DNA of 55,371 bases from the sequence record SRR20825019_389; one strand, written 5' to 3'. Numbering within the stretch: the first letter of the stretch is position 1; each line of letters begins with the position of its first letter. Both the position numbers and the translations under genes were made by a program. Shown here piece after piece: positions 37,576 through 45,853 of this stretch. Under the pieces are notes generated by a model, which ran no database searches, was not told where the DNA came from, and saw only the letters and a list, made by a program, of their open reading frames with translations.

Positions 37576-38157
37576 TTACTCTTCCACATCAATGATAATA
37601 TTGTATTTTGTTAATAAACCCGCAACTGTCGAAAAGGAAAATTTAGCTCCTTTTATATTATTATGTTCCGGATCTATCGAAAATCCATAGGAACTTCTAA
37701 AATCAACATTCTCTAAATTGGTGTTGCTGAATATTGCATTCTGTAGGTCACATTCATTAAAATTTGCTAAATGTAAATTACATTCAGAGAAATCAACTTC
37801 TAAAAACTTGCAATTACTAAATTTAGTTTTAGGTAATTTAAGCCCATAAAAGCTGGAGTAATTTAACTGAGAGTTATCAATCTCTATTGAAAAACCAAAA
37901 GTATCGCATTTCTCAAAATGAAGTCCAAACATTTTACAATCTATAAAAACCACTGATTGAAAACCTGTTTTATTTAAGTTTGCTGAACTCAAATTGCAAT
38001 TTTTAAACTCACATTCTATAAATCTAATTAAGGATAAATCAATATTGGAGAAATTACAGTTTGAAAAAATACATAATTCGTAATCTCCTTTAGCAAGTTT
38101 ATTTTTCGAAAAATCTAAATTCTCAAAAGTCTCTTCTTCTATAAATTGGTGTTCCAT
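37576..38157 (-). CDS. Pentapeptide repeat protein
   Basis: Periodic F/L-x-x-C/A-x repeats (CIFSN CNFSN, ANFNE CDLQN AIFSN). Confidence 0.9.
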   Translation of the reverse strand: MEHQFIEEETFENLDFSKNKLAKGDYELCIFSNCNFSNIDLSLIRFIECEFKNCNLSSANLNKTGFQSVVFIDCKMFGLHFEKCDTFGFSIEIDNSQLNYSSFYGLKLPKTKFSNCKFLEVDFSECNLHLANFNECDLQNAIFSNTNLENVDFRSSYGFSIDPEHNNIKGAKFSFSTVAGLLTKYNIIIDVEE

Positions 38158-38194
38158 TTGTTATTTTAAATTTAATTAAAATTTACTTCGAATC

Positions 38195-38845
38195 TTAACT
38201 ATTAGTTTGAAGAAGTATGTTTAAAAACTCGGCCCTTCCAATCTCCTCCGCCCCCAAACTTTCCAAATGCTCGTTATATAGTTGGCAATCAATAAATGCA
38301 TATTCTTTATGTTTTATATATTCCGAAAGATGGTAAAACGCTACTTTTGAAGCATCACTCACCAAACTGAACATACTTTCACCACAAAATACTTTTTTCT
38401 TCGGAAGATCAACACCGTAAAGTCCACCAACCAATTTATCATTTTCCCAGACCTCAACAGAAATAGCATAACCTGCTTTGTGTAAAGAAATATATGCATT
38501 TTGCATTTCTGGAGTTATCCAAGTACCTGCCTCACCCTTTCGTGGAACAGTAGCGCAATATTTAATAACCTCAGCAAAATTTTGATTGAACGTAATTTTA
38601 AACTTCTTGCTTTTTAATGTCTTTTGAAGACTTTTAGAAACCTTAAATTTTGCCGGAAACAGAACCATGCGTGGGTTTGGGCTCCACCAAAGTATAGCTT
38701 CTCCAGCTTCATACCACGGAAATATTCCTGAGTTATAGGCTAGCATTAATCGTTCAACAGATAAATCGCCTCCAATTGCCAGCAAACCCTCTTCAGTGGC
38801 TTCTTCTGGATCTGGAAACACTACTTTTTCAGTTAAAAAATGCAT
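38195..38845 (-). CDS. aat: Leucyl/phenylalanyl-tRNA--protein transferase
   Basis: GLLAIGGDL, GIFPWY, LVGGLYG, FCGESMFS. Confidence 0.95.
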   Translation of the reverse strand: MHFLTEKVVFPDPEEATEEGLLAIGGDLSVERLMLAYNSGIFPWYEAGEAILWWSPNPRMVLFPAKFKVSKSLQKTLKSKKFKITFNQNFAEVIKYCATVPRKGEAGTWITPEMQNAYISLHKAGYAISVEVWENDKLVGGLYGVDLPKKKVFCGESMFSLVSDASKVAFYHLSEYIKHKEYAFIDCQLYNEHLESLGAEEIGRAEFLNILLQTNS

Positions 38846-38872
38846 CTTTCAAAATTGATAAAAATTCTTCAT

Positions 38873-38913
38873 AAAAAAACCTCGAAAAGATGTTAAATCT
38901 CCTCGAGGTTTTT
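38873..38913 (-). terminator. Intrinsic terminator after DUF3127 gene
   Basis: AAAAAACCTCGA...TCGAGGTTTTT inverted repeat. Confidence 0.75.
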
Positions 38914-38930
38914 CCTTTATTTATAGTTGA

Positions 38931-39311
38931 TTAAAAAGGAAGATCGTCGTGATCTTCTTCTTTAAAATCATTTGCTGGTTCAAAAGCTTCAGCTGGTGGC
39001 ATAGGTGGCATTCCAGCATTTCCTGTAGCTGCTTGCGATAAATTTTCAATACGCCATCCTTGAATACTATTAAAATATTTAGTTTCACCCTGTGGATTCA
39101 CCCACTCACGGCCACGAACATTGATGCTAACTTTTACATCTTGCCCAACGTTATAACTATTCAATAAGTCTGTTTTATCCTGTACAAATTCAATCATTAT
39201 TGTTTGTGGATACTGCTCTTCGGTGGTAATTACCAGCTCTCTTTTTCTAAAACCATTACTACCATACGTTTTAGTTTCATCTATCACTTTAATTTTTCCT
39301 TGTAGTTCCAT
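38931..39311 (-). CDS. DUF3127 OB-fold protein with SSB-like acidic tail
   Basis: MELQGKI...EQYPQ...RGREW...FNSIQGWRI; ends DDLPF. Confidence 0.85.
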   Translation of the reverse strand: MELQGKIKVIDETKTYGSNGFRKRELVITTEEQYPQTIMIEFVQDKTDLLNSYNVGQDVKVSINVRGREWVNPQGETKYFNSIQGWRIENLSQAATGNAGMPPMPPAEAFEPANDFKEEDHDDLPF

Positions 39312-39389
39312 CTTTTTTAATATTTATTCTTTAATTTTTATGTGCTTATTAATTTATTCAAAAGAGCATCCTATATATTGGTTGGTCTT

Positions 39390-40262
39390 CTACTTTCCTA
39401 GCAAAATTTTCCACGCTTCATCAATTTTTCCATCGCATAAATAGCTTTGTGCTTTCTGGTGAATTGCTTCAATACTTTTACTTGCGCAAAGGTTTTTTAA
39501 TTCTTCTGAAGTATTTATAAAGGTATCAATTTCTTCTGAATTTGGAAGCCTTTCTACATTGCCCAACATTCCTAAATCGTTGCCTGTTAAGGTTTTGCTG
39601 TTTTTAATTTCATCTGGCAGTAAATCCACACCAATACCCAATGTTGATAAAGGTTTTGGCACTTCAAAAAGTCCAGCTTTTGCGCGGCTGTACCAATTGC
39701 CGCCAAGCCTTGAAACTGCATCGATTTTAATAGGGTCTATATTGCCAGCGGCATCAAGAATTTCTTCTTTTATATGAATTTTTACAACTTCACATATTAC
39801 CAAATTACCTGCTCCGCCTTCGGTTCCGAGTGCAATAACATCATTCACTTTACATTCCAATTGCACAGGAGCTTCTGCAACGCGTGGGGGTTTTACAATA
39901 TCGGAAGCCAATTCTGTAAATCCTGCTTTTTCAAATTCATTTACACCTTTAGCATATTCGGTTGAAGAGAGAGACATTTGTTGTACCATCTCAAAACTTA
40001 CAATGTTTATTACCACTTCGGGCATTTCTAAAACATTTTCGTAGGTGTGCTTTGTGGTATTATCGCGTCCACGTCTAGCTGGTGAAAATATTAAAATTGG
40101 CGGTTTTGCGCTAAAAACATTAAAAAAACTAAAAGGTGAAAGGTTCACCTTTCCTTCTTTGTCAATAGTACTTGCAAAGGCAATAGGTCTTGGTGCTACA
40201 GCCCCTAATAGGTAGCCATGCAACTTTCCTGTGGTTAATTCGTGTGGTTCAATAGAAATCAT
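39390..40262 (-). CDS. Flavin reductase family protein
   Basis: APRPIAFAST, NLSPFSFFN, RLGG; start at MISIEP. Confidence 0.85.
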   Translation of the reverse strand: MISIEPHELTTGKLHGYLLGAVAPRPIAFASTIDKEGKVNLSPFSFFNVFSAKPPILIFSPARRGRDNTTKHTYENVLEMPEVVINIVSFEMVQQMSLSSTEYAKGVNEFEKAGFTELASDIVKPPRVAEAPVQLECKVNDVIALGTEGGAGNLVICEVVKIHIKEEILDAAGNIDPIKIDAVSRLGGNWYSRAKAGLFEVPKPLSTLGIGVDLLPDEIKNSKTLTGNDLGMLGNVERLPNSEEIDTFINTSEELKNLCASKSIEAIHQKAQSYLCDGKIDEAWKILLGK

Positions 40263-40360
40263 TGCTTGCAAATGTACCCAAAGATTATAGCTTGTAAAAA
40301 CTTGATTGTACAATAATATCAACATATTTGCTTTATATTTAAACAAGAAAAAATTTCTTT

Positions 40361-41518
40361 ATGTTGAGTAACAAAACGCTGTCCCGTTGGGGTTTTATTT
40401 TAGCTTCACTACTTATTATAAGTCTGATTTTGTGGAATACGTATATTTTCTTTAATCAATTGAAGGAAAACGAACGTGCTAAAATGGAGATTTGGGCGGC
40501 GGCAAACAATGATTTTATTGAAAAAACTAGTTTGGATGTGCCAATTGGTGATATGATACTTACAGTTATTCAAAGCAACACCACTACCCCGATGATTCTT
40601 TATACACATAAAGAAGGGATTTATACCGAAAAAAATATTGACTCATCTGAGGTAAATACGCTTGAAAAAAAGAGAAAGCTTGTTGAAAAATTTGAATCTG
40701 AATACCAGCCAATCGAGATAAGAAGTGACAATGAATTATTTTCTACAATATATTATGGTAATTCACCCTTAATTAACAAACTTAAATACTATCCAGCATT
40801 TTTAATTTTAATAATTTTTCTTTTCATTTTAGCTGTTTATCTTTTCTATAAAACCTCCAAATCTTCCGAACAAAACAGGCTTTGGGCTGGAATGGCTAAG
40901 GAAACTGCGCATCAGATTGGCACCCCATTATCTTCCTTAGTGGGTTGGGCGGAAATTTTGAAAACGGAAAATGTGAATCCAGAATATATTTTGGAAATGG
41001 AGAAAGATATTACCCGATTGGAAACCATAACCGATCGTTTTTCAAAAATTGGTTCTATTCCTAAATTGGAACGTTGCGATTTAGTTTCGGAAACTAAAGC
41101 TACTTTCCATTACTTAAAAAAACGCAGTTCGAAGCTTATTAAATTTCAACTCAATATTCCTGAAGCCCCAATTTATGTTCAAATGAATCCACAACTTTTT
41201 AGTTGGACCCTTGAAAATTTAGTAAAAAACGGCATCGATGCTATGAAAGGAAAAGGGGATATATGTATTTCAATCGAAAAAAATTCAAAATTTGCATTGA
41301 TACATGTTACCGATACTGGAAAAGGACTTACAAAAAGTGAGTTTCGAAAAATATTTACACCAGGCCATACCACAAAAAAACGAGGTTGGGGCTTGGGGCT
41401 TTCATTAGCAAAGCGTATTATTGAGGAATACCATAATGGAAAAATCCGCGTTCTAAAAAGCATTCCCAATCAAGGTACTACTATGGAAATAGCCCTAAAG
41501 ACTGAAAATTCACTATGA
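40361..41518 (+). CDS. Membrane sensor histidine kinase (no adjacent regulator)
   Basis: ETAHQIGTP H-box, NLVKNGIDAM, DTGKG, GWGLGL. Confidence 0.9.
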   Translation: MLSNKTLSRWGFILASLLIISLILWNTYIFFNQLKENERAKMEIWAAANNDFIEKTSLDVPIGDMILTVIQSNTTTPMILYTHKEGIYTEKNIDSSEVNTLEKKRKLVEKFESEYQPIEIRSDNELFSTIYYGNSPLINKLKYYPAFLILIIFLFILAVYLFYKTSKSSEQNRLWAGMAKETAHQIGTPLSSLVGWAEILKTENVNPEYILEMEKDITRLETITDRFSKIGSIPKLERCDLVSETKATFHYLKKRSSKLIKFQLNIPEAPIYVQMNPQLFSWTLENLVKNGIDAMKGKGDICISIEKNSKFALIHVTDTGKGLTKSEFRKIFTPGHTTKKRGWGLGLSLAKRIIEEYHNGKIRVLKSIPNQGTTMEIALKTENSL

Positions 41519-41859
41519 AAAAAAACCTACTAACGCTTCACACCGCGCGTTTAAATAACAATTGCCCTACTTGTTTTGGAGCAGATGGATTAGAATTCAC
41601 CTTTGCTCAAGAAAAAACAGAAACTCCTTTCTTTAAAAAACCAGCAAAACAGATAGATGAAAAACTGTATTGCCATACTTGCAAAAACATAATTTACCCA
41701 GTAAATTGGACTGAAGATATTGAACGAGTATATGCTTATAACAAAAAAATAGCGGAAACCAATAAACATTATTTAAAGGTAAAACCGCCATTTTATATTT
41801 TAATTATTGTGGCACTTGTCTTGATTGCTGCAATTGCCTATGTTTTGATCCCGATTTAA
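41515..41859 (+). CDS. Hypothetical protein with two CxxC motifs and a C-terminal TM helix
   Basis: CPTC, CHTC; ATGA overlap with the kinase. Confidence 0.75.
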   Translation: MKKNLLTLHTARLNNNCPTCFGADGLEFTFAQEKTETPFFKKPAKQIDEKLYCHTCKNIIYPVNWTEDIERVYAYNKKIAETNKHYLKVKPPFYILIIVALVLIAAIAYVLIPI

Positions 41860-42251
41860 GATTTTAGTCTTTCTGAAATTAATTCTGCTAAAGCTTCAAA
41901 CTCTGCTGAAGACATTTTTACTTTTTTTGTAAAGCGCATATCATCCATTTCATTTAAAGGAATAAGGTGAACGTGCACATGTGGCACTTCTAGACCAACC
42001 ACAGCCATTCCAACTCGTTTGCAAGGAACGGTTTTTTCGAGTGTGCGAGCAACTTTTCGTGAGAACTGCATTAATTGCAAATACATATGCTCACCCATAT
42101 CAAAAATCTTGTCTATTTCCTGCTTTGGAACACACAATGTGTGGCCTTTTGCATTTGGGTTTATATCCAAAAAAGCGATGAAATTATCATCTTCAGCAAT
42201 TTTGTAACAAGGTATTTCTCCTTCAATTATTTGTGTGAAAATAGAAGCCAT
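41856..42251 (-). CDS. HIT family hydrolase
   Basis: SIFTQII.GEIP, HVHVHLIP. Confidence 0.93.
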   Translation of the reverse strand: MASIFTQIIEGEIPCYKIAEDDNFIAFLDINPNAKGHTLCVPKQEIDKIFDMGEHMYLQLMQFSRKVARTLEKTVPCKRVGMAVVGLEVPHVHVHLIPLNEMDDMRFTKKVKMSSAEFEALAELISERLKS

Positions 42252-42253
42252 AA

Positions 42254-42730
42254 TTAATCTCTTGATATTTCCAGGATTTCAAATTTAAGAACCCCATTTG
42301 GTACATTTATTTCAGCCACTTGTCCAACTTCTTTTCCTAACAATCCATGACCAATTGGTGAATCAACAGAGATTTTCCCTGTTTTTAAATCGGCTTCGCT
42401 TTGAGCAACCAGCTTATAAGTCATTTCCATGCCGTTGTTTTGATTTTTAATTTTTACGGTTGAATGCACTAAAACCTTGCTTAAATCTAGTTGAGATTCG
42501 TCTATTAAACGTGCGTTTGCAAGAACTTCTTCAAGTTTTGAAATTCGCATTTCAAGCATTCCTTGTGCTTCTTTGGCGGCATCATATTCAGCATTTTCAC
42601 TTAAATCTCCTTTATCTCGGGCTTCAGCTATTGCATTTGAAGCTTTCGGCCGCTCCACATCACGCAGCTTGTCCACCTCTTCTCGCAATTTTTTTAATCC
42701 CTCAGCAGTGTAATAAGATACTTTACTCAT
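42254..42730 (-). CDS. greA: Transcription elongation factor GreA
   Basis: GDLSENAEYDAAK, ISVDSPIG. Confidence 0.96.
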   Translation of the reverse strand: MSKVSYYTAEGLKKLREEVDKLRDVERPKASNAIAEARDKGDLSENAEYDAAKEAQGMLEMRISKLEEVLANARLIDESQLDLSKVLVHSTVKIKNQNNGMEMTYKLVAQSEADLKTGKISVDSPIGHGLLGKEVGQVAEINVPNGVLKFEILEISRD

Positions 42731-42742
42731 AACTTCGTCGTT

Positions 42743-42858
42743 TGTGTATGCAGAACATACATATTCTTTAATATAATAAAATCCCGACTATAGACGGGAC
42801 TAACTTTAATAAACTGAAAAAATCCCATGCGATGACGGGATTGTTTTCAACAAATATA
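42743..42858 (-). promoter_or_regulatory. greA promoter and structured leader with two terminator-like hairpins
   Basis: TATATTTG -7 box at 42858..42851; hairpins TCCC/GGGA plus T tract at 42842..42817 and 42801..42778; third hairpin 42743..42763. Confidence 0.6.
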
Positions 42859-42918
42859 CTAAAAATTTACTTGTTCTATTATTTGTTGTAATTTCGGTGT
42901 TAAAATTTAATTGTTTCC

Positions 42919-43356
42919 ATGAAAAAAATAACGTTCCTCATTCTAATTAGTATTCTTACATTTTCTTGTTCAAAAAATGATGACAAACAAGAAAGAAATC
43001 CATTTTTAACAGACCCATTAGTAAGTTTAAATCTAAACTTAAATCTCCCTGAATACAACGCTTTAAAGTTTCCTGGAAGTTCAATAACCACCAGTCAAGG
43101 TATAAAAGGTATTGTTGTTTTTTGCGTTAGTGAAACACAATATTTAGCTTTCGACCTTACAGACCCAAACCACATTCCAAGCGATTGTTCGCGTATGGAA
43201 GTGGATGGTCCAATTGCCACTTGCACTTGCCAAGATGACGATAATGAATACAATATCGTCAATTTAGGTAGGCATACTACTGAACCGGATGCTAAATATC
43301 CAATGCAGCAATACCGTGCTGTACGGAGTGGCAATAGTATTTTAATTAGTAATTAA
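42919..43356 (+). CDS. Lipoprotein with degenerate Rieske-like domain
   Basis: Lipobox FSC; GIKGIVV, AFDLTDPNH, ATCTC. Confidence 0.65.
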   Translation: MKKITFLILISILTFSCSKNDDKQERNPFLTDPLVSLNLNLNLPEYNALKFPGSSITTSQGIKGIVVFCVSETQYLAFDLTDPNHIPSDCSRMEVDGPIATCTCQDDDNEYNIVNLGRHTTEPDAKYPMQQYRAVRSGNSILISN

Positions 43357-43361
43357 TAGTT

Positions 43362-45554
43362 TTAAAATTTTATTGTAGCTCCTACTAAGAAATTAATCGT
43401 TGCCTGCGGATAATATCCAGCTCCTTCAACTGTAGTAACAGTTCCTGGGTTGCTAAAATCATCATCATAGGTGTAAAAATAACCGTTAGAAATATATTCC
43501 ACATTAAAAATATTGTTCACCAAAGCCGAAAAAACAACTTCTTTTATCCAAGGAAGACTATCAACTGTGTACGAAATATTTAGGTCGTTGATAAAGTAAC
43601 TTTCCAGTTTCGAAGCTTCACTATCAATATTACCCATATACTGCTCTCCTACAAATTTTGAAAGAAAACCTAGCTGTAAATTATTTATCGGTGAATACTC
43701 TAGCATATTTCCAGCAACAACGGAAGGTGAAAACGAAGTATTTGTGTTTCCTAAGTTCACCAATTCCCCATCACGTGATGTAACAAAATCTACATTTTTA
43801 TTAGTGCTTAAAGCAATGTTAGGAAGCGCTCTCAAGTTTTTTAATAGCTGTATCTCAGCATCAATCTCTAATCCTAATCTATAGCTTTTTCCGGTACTAG
43901 TTCGCAAAGCAGCTCCTACATCGTTCAATTCTCCAGAAAGCACTAATTGATCTGTATAATTCATATAAAAAATATTGGTATTTACTTTTGCTTTTTCTGA
44001 AGTAAAACGCCAACCAAGTTCAAAATCATCAAGTTTTTCTGGCGTAATTATTCCTTGTTCATAATCGTTTCGAGAAGGTTCACGATGCGCTTTCCCGTAT
44101 GAAAAATAAAATTGATTAGCAGTGCTCAATTTATATGTTAATCCAGCTTTTGGGTTAAAAAATGAATAGCTTTCATCAACATTCATTGGTTCTAAATCTG
44201 AAGTAATTCCAGAAGTTTTATAATTCAAAATCCTAGCTTGTAAATCTCCAAAAAAGCTCCATTTTTCATTCAGTCTATACGTTGCTTTTGAAAAAACTGT
44301 AAATTCACTTTTGGTTCCATTTCCTTCATAATAGCGATCTCTTATTTCAGAATTACTTGCATAACGCGCCCAGATCACTTCACCGTAATGATCTCCACTA
44401 TAGTAACTATAGAAGGCTCCCCCCGTAAAATCAATTTTATTGTTTTTATAATTTACGTTTGCATTTGCAGCATAAAAGTCGTTATCTAACCATCGGCGAC
44501 GAATTAAATCTGTTGTGTTTATTGTATCTCCACCCATTTCAATTGGATCAAAACCATAGGTTTCAAAATCCTCATCTTCTTTATATTGTTCAAAATACCC
44601 ACGCCCTTTTGTATAATTAAAAGAAACATTGGTGCTCCAATTGTTATTAAATCGCTGATTCCATAGCAATTGATAATGATCTTGTGCGTAATCATCTACT
44701 TCATTATCATAAAATTGTGTAACCCCATTTTCATCCGTGTATTCCCCCACAGTATTGTAGGTACGGTCATTTTTAAGTTTTTCGGGATCTTCCAAGCCAT
44801 TCCATGATTGGTATGTTACTTCATGACCTCCAAAAGCAAGGACTTTAATTAAAGTATTACTATTCACAAAAGCTCCTTGTAAAAAATACGATTTTAAGTC
44901 GGAACTGGCTCTGTCAATATATCCATCAGACTGAATAGTAGACACCCTTCCTGCTAATTCAAAATGATTGGAAAGCAAGCCAGTGCTGAACTTTACATTA
45001 TGTTTGTGTGTATTATAACTTCCGAAGGAATTTGCAATTTCGCCATAAGCTTCATTTGAAACGGCATCACTCAACAAGTTTAAACTCGCACCAAAAGCAC
45101 CAGAACCATTTGTTGATGTACCAACCCCACGTTGTAATTGCAAACTTTGCACTGACGAGGTGAAATCAGGTAAATTAACCCAAAAAGACCCTTGACTTTC
45201 AGAGTCATTGTATGGAATCCCATTAAGTGTAACATTCACTCGCGAGGCATCACTTCCGCGAACCCTCATAGCCGTGTAACCCACACCAGCACCGGCATCA
45301 CTTGTGGTAACCACAGATGGCAAATAATTGAGCATATATGGAATATCTTGCCCAAGGTTTCGTTTTTCTAGCTCCTCTTTGTCTAGATTTGAGTGTGTAA
45401 TAGGCGAATCAGCATTAACGCGGACGGCTTGTACCAAAACCTCGTCTAATGTTTCAGCTTTTGTAGAATCTTGAATCTTTTCTGGTAGTGTTTCCTGTGC
45501 GGAAACAGAAAGAAACATAGCGGTAAAAACCGCGGAAATCAATAACTTTTTCAT
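43362..45554 (-). CDS. TonB-dependent receptor, probably thiamine-related
   Basis: LDEVLV TonB-box region, plug motifs (RVRG, NGIPYND, QRGVG), C-terminal F; TPP-like riboswitch upstream. Confidence 0.9.
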   Translation of the reverse strand: MKKLLISAVFTAMFLSVSAQETLPEKIQDSTKAETLDEVLVQAVRVNADSPITHSNLDKEELEKRNLGQDIPYMLNYLPSVVTTSDAGAGVGYTAMRVRGSDASRVNVTLNGIPYNDSESQGSFWVNLPDFTSSVQSLQLQRGVGTSTNGSGAFGASLNLLSDAVSNEAYGEIANSFGSYNTHKHNVKFSTGLLSNHFELAGRVSTIQSDGYIDRASSDLKSYFLQGAFVNSNTLIKVLAFGGHEVTYQSWNGLEDPEKLKNDRTYNTVGEYTDENGVTQFYDNEVDDYAQDHYQLLWNQRFNNNWSTNVSFNYTKGRGYFEQYKEDEDFETYGFDPIEMGGDTINTTDLIRRRWLDNDFYAANANVNYKNNKIDFTGGAFYSYYSGDHYGEVIWARYASNSEIRDRYYEGNGTKSEFTVFSKATYRLNEKWSFFGDLQARILNYKTSGITSDLEPMNVDESYSFFNPKAGLTYKLSTANQFYFSYGKAHREPSRNDYEQGIITPEKLDDFELGWRFTSEKAKVNTNIFYMNYTDQLVLSGELNDVGAALRTSTGKSYRLGLEIDAEIQLLKNLRALPNIALSTNKNVDFVTSRDGELVNLGNTNTSFSPSVVAGNMLEYSPINNLQLGFLSKFVGEQYMGNIDSEASKLESYFINDLNISYTVDSLPWIKEVVFSALVNNIFNVEYISNGYFYTYDDDFSNPGTVTTVEGAGYYPQATINFLVGATIKF

Positions 45555-45614
45555 TCGTAATATTTTAAATTTTACGAATAAAAGGGGCGTTATTCTTGTT
45601 AGTTAAATGGTTAT

Positions 45615-45658
45615 AAAAAAAATCCCTGATAATAGTGCGTCGCGCATTATTACAGGGG
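45615..45658 (-). terminator. Attenuator terminator of the riboswitch expression platform
   Basis: Minus strand CCCTG-TAATAATGCG-CGA-CGCACTATTAT-CAGGG-ATTTTTTTT between aptamer and receptor start. Confidence 0.8.
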
Positions 45659-45670
45659 GTTCCTATTTTA

Positions 45671-45760
45671 GTATCCCTTGGCAGCATTACCCGCCCAGGT
45701 TCTTTGGGTATAATCTCAGCTTTCATAATTAAAAAATTATTCCAGCACCCCTTTGAGATG
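45671..45760 (-). ncRNA. TPP-class riboswitch (variant P4/P5 junction)
   Basis: Minus strand GGGGTGCT...GCTGAGATTATACCC...GAACCTGGGCGGGTAATGCTGCCAAGGGA; TATCTTTG -7 box immediately upstream at 45773..45766. Confidence 0.9.
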
Positions 45761-45853
45761 TTCGGCAAAGATACAATTCATTTTAGTTATTCAATGTAAA
45801 TTTTTATCATATCCTTAATACTTCGCCTTTTTATTACTCTTTACATTTGAAGA

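Noticed and set aside
45565-45768. 67-aa minus-strand ORF upstream of the receptor
   Set aside because: Spans the riboswitch and terminator; better explained as structured RNA
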